In this document: one piece after another, positions 41,878-55,179 of the stretch
How the letters are laid out: the number at the start of each line of letters is the position of its first letter
How positions within the stretch are numbered: position 1 is the first letter of the stretch
Assembly (NCBI RefSeq): GCF_009914755.1
Contig: NC_060929.1
Source: the human T2T-CHM13v2.0 reference genome, Homo sapiens
Direction: 5' to 3' (one strand)
Length of the DNA stretch: 64,000 nucleotides
Notes under the pieces: model-generated
Database searches by the model: none
What the model was told of the DNA's origin: nothing
The model's input: only the letters and a program-made list of their open reading frames with translations
Position numbers and translations under genes: made by a program

Positions 41878-43514
41878 AGACTTTCAAAATGTGACACTAA
41901 TTCATCATGCACTAGTTTGAATATTGAGGATTTCAGGCATTAAATTATATGCAAACATGAGAAAATAAAATTTTCAGCGTGTATTTTCAAGAGCAAATTG
42001 ATAAAGTGGAGTCACAGCATATGCACATTTAATCTTCGAGGATTCTACTACACTAATGTTTATTCGTTTCTGTAAATATGTGCACAAGAGTGGTCAGTTG
42101 GTGAGACTCATATCTCCTGTTGTGAACAGCTCATCACACTGCAGTTCTGGTTCATAATGCACAATACACTTTATAGGTGACAAAAGGGATTGTAAGGGAA
42201 ATTGTAACTATGGGCATTCACACTCCATCATGATAGTTTAATGTATTGGTAGATATATTTTATCAATAACTGACGTGCACATTTTAGTATGGTGTTTTTA
42301 TCGCTTGTTTTTTGGAAAAAGGAACACTAAAGTAGTATAACATTGTATTTACTCAACAAGTACTTAACATTTCGGGGCACATTTTATGCTGATTCTATGA
42401 AAGCATCCCTCATACTTTTTGGTTTGGGCATGTCTAAAGAAGTGATTGTTTATTGAGGATAGTCAAAGTATTCAGGTATTCCTGAGGCTTTGATTGAGGA
42501 AACAAAAACACTCAAAATTTAAAAGTAATTATGTAAAGGAGATCCATGGGTTCCACAGAAAATGCAGGTCTCCACAGTTATAAGCACTTGCCTAACCAGT
42601 TATATACTTTCTTTAGTCTTTTGCCAGCTATGAATTTATAAAACAACTACATCAATCGAAATATTTGAGATTTAGAAGTGAAAAAATAGAACCCATTATG
42701 GCATGCAGTGTGATCCATCAGAGAGAAGGAAGTCCACAGAATTAAAGACACTGCGGTCTTTTTAATCATAATCTAAAGCTAATCCTTGGAAGACTAATTT
42801 AACCAATGCTTATAATCAAAATGAGTGTTCTAAGCCATGGACACATATGTTGTGCAAGCACCAGTCAATTTCCCTGAGGATGCTCTACAGTGTATTTGGA
42901 AAAGTATCTAAATATTTCAATAGTGTTTATTCTTATATTATTTAATGTACAAATTGAATCTGCAATTTGCTAACGAATCTATTTCTGAATAATTTCCATG
43001 TTTCTATAATTGAATCCAAATAAAATATATAGTAAATTTTTAGTGAAACATGAAAGACTGCAAAAATGAATAATATTTAGTGCACTAACAACAGTTCCTT
43101 TGGAAAATTAGGAAGCAGGAAATATGCAGTACTTTATCATATTTAAAGGAAATATACTTTAACTTGAAATAACTAGAAATTGAGGGAAAAAAGCTTGACC
43201 ATGATATGAGAAAGATACATAGTGTCTTACATTACTTTAAATTCAAGTTTTCACTTTACATAAGAAATATTTTAAATTCATTATTATTATAAAAATAAAA
43301 ATAATACATATAAAACAAAAGTCCCCGTATGCCACCATTTGCACGCTCTTCTCTAGAGGGAATCACTGTCATCTTTGATGTAAATATAAATGTCAACAGA
43401 AAAATAGTATTGTGTGTATATGAATATGAGTACATACATGCTTTACATTCATAGAATCATAATTTATATAATGCTTTACCACTTAAATTTGTTCCACTGA
43501 AAAATGGATCTTGG

Positions 43515-46073
43515 GAGAGAGGGGTAGAGCAAGATAGCAGAATAGAAGTCTACACCAATCGTAGCCCCAGAAAGGATACTAATTTAACAACTAACTACAA
43601 ATAAAAAGCACCACTGTAAGAACCAAAAATCAGGTGAGCACTTACAGTACCTGGTTTTAACTTGATATTGCTGAAAGAGGCACTGAAGAGGTAGGAGAAA
43701 CAGTCTTGAATCACCAATGCCACCCATCCCCATCCCCCAGCAGCAGCCTTACCCTGCACAGAGAGAATCTGTGCCATTGGGAGAGGGAGAGAAAAGTAAT
43801 TGTGAGACAGTGCATTGATCTCAGAAAGCAAAACTGGACTGAACACAGCTGATGCCCAACCACAGAGGGAGTGATTACAGCGGCCCTAGACAGAGGGGAA
43901 TCACTTATCCCAGCGATTGAAACTTGACTTCCTGCAAGCCTTGCCACGTTGGGCTGGAGTGCTCTGGGGCCCTAAATAAACTTCAAAGTTCGTCTAGGTC
44001 ACAAGAACTGCAACTCCTAGACAAGTCCCAGGGATGAACTCGGTTCAGAGCCAGTGTGTGTGTGTGTGGTGGGGGGTGGTGGTGGCACATGACCTACTGA
44101 GACACCACCAGGGTGGCTGGGAGAGAGCTGTCACCATCCCTCCCCTAGCCCCAGGTAGCATGGCTTGTGGCTCCAAAAGAGATCCCTTCCTTCTGCTTGA
44201 GGAGAGGAGAGGGAAGAGTGAGGAGGACTTTGTCTTGCATCTTGGTTACCAGCTCAGGCACAGCAGGGTAAGGCACTGATCATAGTTGTAAGGCCCCCTT
44301 TGCAGGATCTAGCTCACAGGTAACATTTCTAGACACACCCTTGGATAGAAGGGAACCCACTACCTTGCAGGAAAGGACTATTCTTGGCAGCATTCATCAA
44401 CTGTTAACTAAAGAGCCCTTGGGCCTGAAATAACCAACAGCCCTACCAGGTAGCACATTGTGGGCCTTGGGTGATATTCTGAGACTTGATTTCTTCAGGT
44501 GAGTCTCAGCACATTCCCAGCAGTGGTGGCTATAAGGAGAACTCCTTCTGATTGAGAAAAATGAAGGAAAAAATAAAGTAGACTTTGTCTTGTACCAAAG
44601 GTACCAGCTCTGCCACAGGGGTATAGAACAAAATGAGAGCTCTTGGGGTTCCTGATTCCAGGACTTGGCTCTTAGATGGCATTTCTATACCTTCCCTGGG
44701 ACAGAGGAGAGCCCACTGTCCTGAAGGGTGAGTCCCAGGCCAGGCAGCATTCACCACAAGTGGACTAAAGAGCCCTCGTGCCTTAAGGGAACATTGGAAG
44801 TAGCCTGGCAGTACTCCCCATGGGTCTGTGGTGGCAGTGGCCATGGGGCAAGGCTCCTCTACTTTTGACAAGGGTAGGGAAGAGTGGGAATAACTGCATC
44901 CTGTACTTTGAGAGCCAGCTCAGCTGCAGTGCAATAGAACGTCAGGTAGACTTTTATGTTTTTTTACTCTAGTCCTTGGTTCCCAGACAGCACCTCTGGC
45001 CCCAGCCTTGGCCAGGGGGAGATAACTGTCCTGAAGGAAAGGTAACAGACCTTGCTAACTTTGCCACTTGCTAATTGTAGAGCTCCAGGGCCTTGAGCTA
45101 ACATAGGCAGTAGCCCAGGGCATGGTTACAGGAGGCCGTGTGCTCAACGTCATTAAGCATCAGAGAAATGCAAACCAAAACTACAATGAGATTTCATCCC
45201 ACTCCAGTTAAAATGGCTTATATCCAAAAGACAGGCAATAACAAATGCTGCTGAGGATGCAGAGAATAGAGACCTCTCACACTCTGATGGTGGGAATGTA
45301 AATTAGTACAACCACTATTGAGAATAGTTTGGAGATTCCTGAAAAACTAAAAATAGAGCTACCATATGAGCTAGCAATCCTACTCCTAGCTGTATACTCC
45401 AAAGAAAGGAAATCAGTATATCAAAGAGATATCTGCACTCCCGTGTTTATTGCAGCACTATTCACAATAGCCAAGATTTGGAAGCAACCTAAGTGTCCAT
45501 CAACAGATGAGTGGATAAAGAAAACGTGAAACTTAACATACAATGGAGTACTATTCAGTCATTATAAAGGAATGAGATCCTGTCATTTGCAGCAATATGG
45601 ATGGAGGTCACTTTGTTAAGTGAAATAAACCAGGCACAGAAAGACAAACATTACACGTTCTCATGCATCTCTGAGAGCTAAAAATTAAAATGAATGAACT
45701 CATGGACTTAGAGAGTAGAATGATGGTTACCAGACACTGGGAAGGGTAGTCAGTGAAGGTAGCAGGGAAGTGGGGTTGGTTAATGGGTACAGAAATATAG
45801 TTGTAAAAATAAATGAGACCTAGTATTTGCTAGCACAACAGGGTGACTATAGTAAAAAAAAAAAATCGCAATTGTTCACTTTAAAATAACTAAAAGAGTG
45901 TAATTGGATTGTTTGAAATACGAAGCATAAATGCTTGAGGTAATGAATACCCTATTTATCCTGATGTGATTATTATGCATTACATACCTGGTCAAAATAT
46001 CTCATGTCCCCATAAATATATAAATATACATCCTACCATGTACCCACAAAATTAAAAGTTAAAAAAATTAAAA
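43515..46073 (+). mobile_element. L1MA2-like element: 5'UTR (43515-45139) fused to ORF2 C-terminus and 3'UTR (45140-46073)
   Basis: GAGCAAGATAGCAGAATAGAAG 5' end; ~330-bp internal UTR repeats; ORF 45329-45529 is ORF2p C-terminus (ELPY...CTPVFIAALFTIAKIWKQPKCPSTDEWIKK); TSD AAAATGGATCTTGG / AGAATAGATCTTGG. Confidence 0.9.
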
Positions 46074-47721
46074 AGAATAGATCTTGGAGATCTTTTTGTC
46101 TATATATGAAAAGATATATATATATAAAATATATATTATATATATATTTTAAATTGTTACTTGTATCTCATGATAATGCTTTATCTATCTTAAATGAGAA
46201 TGTAATCACTCATTTCTCAGTCATGGGGTATTTAGGTTATTTTCTGCTCTTACAATCAACACTGCATGGGCCACTGGTGTAGTTGATTTTCCATGCACTT
46301 GTGTATATTCCAGTGTAGAAACTGAGAGCACCTCTTTCTTCAAGAATATCCATAGCCAGTGTTATAGCATTTATAAATGCTATAGATTTTTGAACTATAT
46401 TCTTATTATTTGATAATAATGATAGTGATGTATGAAAAGTCTTTCATTCATTTCAGGAAATTCTACTCAATTAACAAGAAATGAAATTAAGAAGGGAGAA
46501 AAACCTAAGTTTGAGAGATAATAGGAACGTTCACTGGAGAAATGGCCTTTGGTGCAGTAATTATTATTTTCCAAAAGTACAGATGTAGACATTAGTTAAG
46601 GAAACACAAGGAAATAAGATAAATATATCTCAAAAAGCAAAGCATCCTCCTTAGGGATATTTACAAAACATCAGAAAATACTATGTTTGTTAAATTTTAT
46701 TTGCTGTGTGATGTCAATTAATGTTAAGGCTTCTGTTTAAAGATACCATTAAATATTATCCCCCTCTGGAATGAAATCATACTTTTAAGAATAACAAACA
46801 AACAGTTGTTTAATTATGGCATAAAATAGGAGATGTGTTCTTATAATCATTGTGGCTTAGTCACAAAATTGCTTCTCTTAGAAATTCAACACTTTCAACA
46901 GGAGAATGTACATAGTAATTAATGTAGAACAAATAAAAATGTCCACTATGTAGCCTAACAGTTATTTTAAAGGAAATAAAAAGTATCCATTTGAATTTCA
47001 AATGTCAGAATATTCTATTTGCACATTAAAAATATTAATATTCTACCAAATATTAACTAATGTATGTAGGTATTAAAGTTGTATTGTCATGAACAATTAG
47101 CAGATGGTTAAGAAGTTAAAATCATTTATTTTTCTCAGAGAAAAACACTCCCATCCCCCAAGAAAAAGGAAATAGTTCTAAACTACTCCTTCCATGTAGA
47201 CCATTCGAGAGAATACTGAGAGGTGCTGAAGTGGAAATTGCCTTTGCCAATGGATTTTTATTGGCATGGTTTATTTTCTTCAGCATATGTGATATAAACT
47301 GGACACTGATGTTTTCCTAAATAATTCAATTTGCTAAGAAAATTAAAATAACTGAAGCAAAACTAAAAGCAAAAGAGGGAAGAGATAAAAGTTTGCTTTC
47401 ACTTGAGATTTGAGAAGCAGCCTCCCGTTTTTGTGAGAAGGCTCTTTTAGATATAGGTTTTTCAAAGCAGAAAAGATCTATCAACATTACCTGCTGGAAA
47501 TACTGACAAAAATAACATGAATATTAAATTACCAAAGGAAGCCCCAAAGTAGTTCTCTTCAGCCTTTTCTAGAGGCAAATTATCTCAACCTACTGGCGGC
47601 TTTAACTTCTAAGAGTCTTCATGAAATACTACACTTTAAAGTCATCAACCCTTCTTCCAGGAAACTCATAATCCTTGAATTTAGGCTAGGTCCAATTTAA
47701 AATCTTGCTCTTCACTATTCT

Positions 47722-47870
47722 CCTTTACTCATTTAACAAATACTGAGCAGATATGTTCCAAATTTTATCAGGTGAATAGGGATTGAATGAAGAACCAAAT
47801 AGAGAGCTTGCCCTCATGGAACCTAGAATCTATTTTAGAGAGAGACAAGGAATCTGGCAATTAAAATACA
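47722..47870 (-). mobile_element. L2 3' fragment
   Basis: CTCATTTAACAAATACTGAGC...CTTGCCCTCATGGAACCTAGAATCTA. Confidence 0.6.
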
Positions 47871-49804
47871 GACTGAGAAGACCTTTGGTACGGATGGTAG
47901 AGCTCACTCATACTCAAACCATTTCCTTGATGTCATTGAATTTAGATGCCAGAAAGCATATATATTTTCTTAGAGAGAAATTAAGATTGCTTTAAAGGAA
48001 GCCATTCCATTTCTAAATAAACTACTATATCTAAAGTCACCACTTGGAGTGGCACATCACCGAAAGAAGCATCTTCTGTCAATACTCCACCAACTGGGCA
48101 TGGAAGGTAGAGTCCTTTCTGGATTGCCCATCGGGTGATATGTTCCTGACCTGTGGTATTCTGAAATGATTTATTTTATGATGCTCCCTTCCAAAAAGGA
48201 CTTGAGGAAGCCTATACCAAAGGCAATTCATGCAAAATAATTCATGGTCACAAACACGAACCTAGTAGCAAAAGACAGGAGATAAAGCAGATGCTTTTAC
48301 TGTAAGGGTTAATACATTTGCATTGCAAAGCATAAAATTTAACTTCCTAGAAATCAGGGCAAAACTGAAGAATATTAAGCTATATAATTAATTCACTAGA
48401 AAGAAGAAAACAAAGTGCCAAGAAATGCAATAAAAGCCAAGAGCTTAACAATGAAGTACTGTACATTTCAGTAAAAGAAGTTTTGTAAGTGAGCATGCTA
48501 ATGCATTCTGTTTGTTGTTTCTTATTTTTTCAAGACTAGAATTTGAAATAACTAGATGACTGGATGTAAAAGCCTTTCTTCTGTATAAGCCAATTTTTTG
48601 CTACTTTGGAGTTCCCAAATCCTCTAAATATCTGTTTTTTTCCACATTGAGTAAACTCCCTCTTCCCCTGCTTGTCACAACTGTAGGATAAACCAGTTCC
48701 TTCTCAGCCTCTCTGCAGAATGTTCTTTTCTCCCTTCCCCAACTGCTCCACTTGCCTGTTGCCACTGATTGCTCGGTTCCTCAGGTCACCCCTTGGACTT
48801 GGTGTCCTTCTCCACACTGTTTCTCCTCAGACTGAACACCACCTCTATTCTCCTTCACCAAAGCACAAATAGCACATGGCTTTTCTGGGTCTAGCAAATT
48901 TTACTGAAACAAGAGAAATACGGGAGGATGATAGCCTAGCTCAAGGGCCAGCACTCATTTTAATGTGTTTAGATTAATAGTATTAATCTAAATTTTCACA
49001 TTTTGCATTGCAGAATGTGAGGTTTTCTTTGTTCATATCCTACGCATTGTCGTCTTTCATCTCCAAAGTACAGCCATCTTCTCAGCTGACCACATTTTCA
49101 GACCATTCTGTCTTTAACTGCCTTCAAACCCCAATTATTGTCACTTTCTTAAATAAAGCACTTTATCATTAAGACCTTCTTTTGCAAAGCCAAGAAAACT
49201 CTTTGAGATAATTTCTTCAATAAACTCCCATCTATATAATGCTTTCCACTAAAAGCTTGAAATTAAAAGAGTGCTTCTTAAAACAATGAAATTCTTAGGC
49301 AGGCACCTGGTAGGATAGAAAATAAATAGAAATATTTATTTTTTTCATCTGTCCAAAGAAATTCCTCAGAAGTTGTAGGAGAAGGATTGACGATTTCACT
49401 GTGGATGTTTCATTTTTTGTGTTTTGTTTTTCTCCAATTACATGGAGCACTGTCATAGATTTTTATAAATGAACTTATGCCCTCTTGTGGTAAAATGATT
49501 AACTTAACCATTAAACTTACCATTAAACTTGTTCTTTTTGTTGTTTGTTCCTATATTTTATTTGAGAAAGAGAGAGAGAGAAAAAAAATGTAAAGGCCTG
49601 TCTTATTTTCTGTTCACATTAATGGCTTAAGTTATCATCTGTACTGGTAGTTACAAAACATAATAATCAAATATTTCTATAATTCTATCAACTTGGTAGG
49701 GCAGAAATCATTTGAGGGAATACAGTATGTTTAATTACTTTACAAATGTATTAATTATACAAGAAACAAATATGTTAGAAATCCAGGATTGATACTAACA
49801 CTCT

Positions 49805-50160
49805 ACAAATATTTAATCAGTGTCTACTAGACTGAGGCATGATTTTAAGAACTGGGATAAAATAACGCAAGAAAAACAATAGAGCTTGTATTATAATGAA
49901 AATAGTTAGATGATCAGTAAACACAAATGTAATAGCAAATACAGAATATGTCCAATGCTAATAAGAAATATAAAGAAAAATACAGCAGTGTGTGGTGAAT
50001 AGAAAATGATGAAGATTGGGAAAGTAAGTGTTATTAAAACAATATTTTATATAAAGCAGTATACAAGAATAGAATCCTAGGACAGTCCGTTATTTGGAAG
50101 TCAGAGAGATGAGGAGGAAACACCAAGGAGCTATGTGAACATTGATTGGGCTAGTAAAAT
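49805..50160 (-). mobile_element. L2 3' fragment
   Basis: ACAAATATTTAATCAGTGTCTACTAG, AGAGCTTGTATT, GAGATGAGGAGGAAACACCAAGGAG. Confidence 0.5.
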
Positions 50161-51659
50161 AGAAAAAAAAAAAACTAAGATAAATGAAAAATTATAAAAA
50201 TGTATTTTAAGAGGTCAAATCCCAAATAACATGAAAATGACTAACCTCATTTTAGCAAAAAGCATAGTAGTCAATCAAAGGGCAATCTATTTATATACTT
50301 AATATTCAACTATGTGTTAGGAGCAAATTAGCTTCTTATAGGCAAGGCTACAAGGGTTACACGTGGTGATCATGATGATGGCTCATATTCTATCTGGCTA
50401 TGCATGCAACAGTGATGCTGGTCTAGAACTAGACATGGTGAGTAACCACATTTAACTCTGCAGCTTCACCAACCATCAACAAATTCAATTCACGTGATAT
50501 TTGTGAGCCACTCTATTATGAGTTATATTACACCTGCTTTGGAAGGGTGAAAGAACAGACATCCAGGCAGCTTGCATTACTATTAAGTCTGAGGCCAAGA
50601 CTGTAGTGTTAATTTTTTTAAAAAAGCAACCAAAACTAATTTATTATAAGAGACAAAGTAGAAAGGGGCAACAAGGAGCATCCAATAATTGATGATTAGA
50701 TGCAGTGTTACTCAGGGACTGGTGTGTTCTGCAGGGCTGTTACTGTGGTGCTCATCTGGACAGGGAGAGGGCCTCATGATAATTGGTAGGTAACACAATA
50801 GGGGAGAGATGTCACGCTCAGAGCTTAGGGTCCCAAATGAAAGGCTGTATGATTGATTTATGTAAAAACTTGGGGATGTGAATGGAGTGGGCTATAAAGA
50901 CTCTTTTACCAAGGCGGCATTGATAATGGATGACCAATCACGCTTCTTTGTTGGAACAAATGTGAAGATCTCAACCATGTTCCTTTGGTACTCATTCTCA
51001 CTCCAGATCCCTGATACCATGCTGCTTTCCCTGAGCCTGCCTTCCTATCCCAGTTCATCCCTCTTTTTCTGTGCAAAACTTCTAGTTGTCATTCTGGGAT
51101 GAGTAGTGCTCAGCTGGCTCAGTTGTAGTCAGGTCTTCCTTCAGCTTTCCCAGTAGCTTGGAAGCATCAAATAATATGCTCTTCTGCATGCATAGAACCT
51201 GTATCTAGGGTGTGAGTAGCTGAAAGCCTCAAGGTTTCCTGCGAAAGAGGAAAACACTTCAACATGCAAGTATCCATGGTTCCAGGATCTGTTCCAGCTT
51301 TCTTAGCAACGTTTACTACTCAAGGGAGACAGCAAGGAAATAGATTTGTTTGATTTAACTTTACCATCACTACTGGCAAACAGCAAATAAGCTTTGAATT
51401 CTGAGTATCAAGAACACTATGTACATATAGAAAGTGCATCTGGTAATTACTATATCTTAGGAAGTGGAAGATAGTCCTGGATCATCAGCAGGATAATAGG
51501 TAATAGGAGTGGTTGATGTATTTTTCACCTTCCATTTAGTTTATTTCTTTATTTTTTACTCTTGAAGTCTTCATATGTTAAACTATTACTCTGGAGAACA
51601 TTAAAGGACTCATTAGTTATAATGCCAAAAACATACAGAAATGGTTACAGGGTTAGATA

Positions 51660-51880
51660 AGAAGATTGATAACAAAAGAATTGGACATGATTTAACTTAG
51701 AGAAGAAACAAGTCAGGGAAAAATCGACAAATAATTTTCAAATGTGTGAATAATGCTTACAAAGAAAAGATTATTAAGCACTTAGTTTCCATGAAGACAA
51801 AGTAAAAATAAACTGGCATAATTAAGCCTTATTAAGTACATTTTTTAAAAGTAAAGATAAAATTCTCCTGGTCATGCGTA
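51660..51880 (+). mobile_element. L3/CR1 fragment
   Basis: TGATTTAACTTAGAGAAGAAACAAGTCAGGGAAAAATCGACAAATAATTTTCAAATGTGTGAA resembles the CR1 ORF2 C-terminal region. Confidence 0.45.
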
Positions 51881-52959
51881 CTGTATTAAACCTCGGTTTA
51901 CTGATTTTTCTTCGGTCTGGCATTTATTGATTTTTAGTCTAGTTTCTCCCATCTAGAAACTGGGGAAGCACTTGTGGACATTTATGTTCCATTTCTGTTC
52001 AGAGTAATAAAATTAATAATAACTCATAGCAAGGAAAAATTAAATATGATAAAATAGAAGTATGTGCCTGTGTGCCCCTTCCCCCATATAGCCCCCAAAT
52101 TTAATAGAATAAATTTTAAATTTGCAAAATTGAGGATATATTTTATAATTACTGCTACAAACTCATAAAATTTGTAGAAAATATTAATCCAAGACAATAT
52201 TATGTTTAGTTTGATGACTGTTGGCTTGCCATCAATTTGAATTGCATAGAGTGGACAGTAAGGCACCCGCTAAGTGTAGGAAACATTGCACAATCAACCT
52301 ATCATGAAAACTGCTGGAAGCCAAAGCATGTAATTTGAGCATCCATCTGGCTGCTGCTTAAAATAATGTTTGATCACACTTATCACCCTAGATTCCCAAA
52401 TGCAGAGTCTTGGGACATGCAAATCAGAACAGGCTCTTGTCTAACGGCTTTCCAAATAATTGACCTCTCTATTGCCTTGTTCCTTGAGGAGCTATTTACA
52501 GTTTTTTTTTCTAGTGATACTTCCACTTCTGTGCTGCTTTCACAGCTGTATCTCTGATGACTGTTCTCTAGCCAAAGAGAAGGAACAGTCTTGGAAGCAT
52601 TGTTGTTGTTAAAAATACTTCTTAAATGTCTCTTCCTGAGGTGGAACGTGTTTCTATGTTACCTAATAGCTGTAATTAACATAAAAAACGAATGTTTTTA
52701 ATAGTTCAATAGTTAAAATTTGCAAAGAGGAAATAAGTGAATCCATTAAACATAACTTTCATCACCAAATATAAAAGATGATGATTCCAGGTGTTCTATT
52801 AAAGGTAGGAATTGAAATGGAACAACATAGTTTTCTCATTCCATTGCACTGGTTTGGAAGTCCTGTAGGTGAGCTTTTAACATATAAAAATGAAGTTCTA
52901 CTAGGACAGACTATAAAGGAGCATTGTATTTTCATTTGTTGTCATTTACATAAATATAT

Positions 52960-53192
52960 GGATTATAGAGCTGAATTCCTTGGGATAAAATCCTGGCTTA
53001 AAAACAATTCTGGATTTGTGATCTTGATAAGCTACTTAAACTTCCCTACCTCAGTTTCTTTATTTCTAAAATAAATAATTGTACCTATTTCTTAATGTTG
53101 TCTGGATTAATTGAATTAAAACACGTACACACTTAGTATACATTTACAGTACATAGCATAGTACTAGTACTAAACAAATATTAATATTAGCT
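52960..53192 (+). mobile_element. MIR SINE
   Basis: TGTGATCTTGATAAGCTACTTAAACTTCCCTACCTCAGTTTCTTTATTTCTAAAAT core. Confidence 0.75.
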
Positions 53193-53449
53193 AGAATGTG
53201 TAACTTTTTATTTTACAGAATATAAAAATCTTTAAGTTGGATTGAATTTGACGTAAAATTGCCCCTTTGTCAATAGGATTCAGGGGTAAACACACCCACT
53301 GGTCTAAGATCTCTTCAGGTTTTGAACTCCTAAAATTCCAGCCATAAATAGGTTTTCACAGAGTGAGTAAGACGTAAGTTCCCAGATTTGCTTTCCTCAA
53401 TCAACTGGGTCAAGATGGTGCACCAGATACTCATCACTCCCTATTCCCT

Positions 53450-55175
53450 ACATTCACAACCTTGCTATCTCTATTTGTCTTAAATCCAAAACAAGTAATT
53501 TTATTAAACTTTCCCTTCGTCTTTATATAATTACCACCAAGAACCTTAGATTTCTCTATCATGGTCACCTCACTCTAATTACCCTTTCTATCTCTTGTTC
53601 TATCCCTTTCTCAGAAAGGTTTAACATACTCTTTGGAATTCACAGTACATTATCAATACCAAAAAAAAAAAAATGCATTCACAAACTCTTTTCTAAACTT
53701 CCCTTCACTTCCCAGTTCTTAAAAAAAAATCCAGAATTCTCCTGAAAGAAACAATTTCCCCTGAAGCGTCCAATCACTGGCTGTTTTTTCACCCCTAGTT
53801 GTCTTTATCACTGAGCTTTAAGAGAGGGTTGGTGTCATCTATAATGCAATTTGCTTTCAGGCCATTTCAGACCGTTCTTGTCTGATCCTCTGGAAACCTC
53901 CCCACCACCTAGACTTAAATCTTATGATAAAAGATTACAGTAACCTTTATCTTTCATTCTTTCTGTCATTTGCCTATGCCCTGGCTATTCCTCTTCCTTT
54001 CTTGAATATTTAGCTCCTGGCTGTTTGTTGCTATCTTCAACACTTCCATTGTCTTAATTCTTGACAATGTAAAGATATACACATAGATGGATCTTCCAGT
54101 ATCTTTCCCCCTTATTTCTTGAGTACCTCTCATCTTGACTTCAATCTTTCATCAACCATTTCTGACCATACTCTAGATCTTATTTTTACCCCAAACTCTA
54201 CATTATTCATTATTTTCTGTATTTCACTTTGAATACCTCTTCTCTTTCTCCTCCCCTTCCTTTAGTGCCTCATTTCCCATTCCAAAAGCCTGTCCCACAC
54301 TTCAATCAATTGTAGCCACAGCCACTTACATTCTTAACATTTTTCCTTCCTTACATAGCTTAAATTATTCACTTAGTTATTATAAACACTCCTTTTGATA
54401 AAACTTCAATTCCTTTATCCCTCCCTTCTAGGCTAGTTGTAGGCTAAACTAGAGCTATGGTTAAATCTAACTCTTCAAATACCCATATATAGATGTAGAT
54501 ATATATCCATAAAATTGATGTAGATATATATCCATAAAATTGGATAAGTCTGGAAAGAACAATAAACTCGCTCCTCCATTCCACTATAAAATCATGAACA
54601 AGAAGAGTTTGTGTCTTTAATGCTCTTTAGAAGTCTTCCTTTATTTTTCTACTCAAATTATATATATTCTCCTTTCTTTTCTAATCACTATTATGTCTCT
54701 TCATATCCTCATTCTTAACTGATGACTGAACATTTAAACTGAAGGAAGAAAGTTTCCACAAACTCCCACCCCCAGTTTTACCCATCTACAAGTATCTGCA
54801 TTGGCTGACTCTGCCTTCCCATCTGTCACAAGATGATCCACCCAAGCTTATGTCTAAAACTAATTCATCTACTTATGCACTAGAGTACATTCTCACCTAC
54901 TTAAGTATATCCCTCCAGTGACTGTCCCCTCTCTATCCTGGATCATTATTTTGTTTTTGTTATCTCCTGACTTATTCCCATCAGCAGCATAAAAACTTGG
55001 TCAAAAAAAAAAATCTGTGGTTATTTCTCATTCTCATCTTACTTGGGCTGTCATCATCTTTTGACACAATTGATCACATTTTCTCATCCTTGACACACTC
55101 TCTGCACTTAGATTCCAGGGCTATATATATATTTTTTATATTCAACATTACTAGTTACTACTTCTCAGCCTCTCT
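53450..55175 (+). mobile_element. Long, highly decayed L2 ORF2 fragment
   Basis: Pyrimidine-rich L2-like sequence; ORF 54997-55209 LILLGLSSSFDTIDH matches the L2 RT motif LDLSAAFDTVDH; left boundary uncertain. Confidence 0.65.
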
Positions 55176-55179
55176 TTTA

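Noticed and set aside
44200-45100. ~330-bp direct repeats as a novel tandem array
   Set aside because: As I recall, these are intrinsic repeats of the L1MA-type 5'UTR.
48165-48370. Possible ancient LINE 3' end (CTTCCAAAAAGGACTTGAGGAAGCCTA)
   Set aside because: Looks repeat-derived, but I could not assign family or boundaries reliably.
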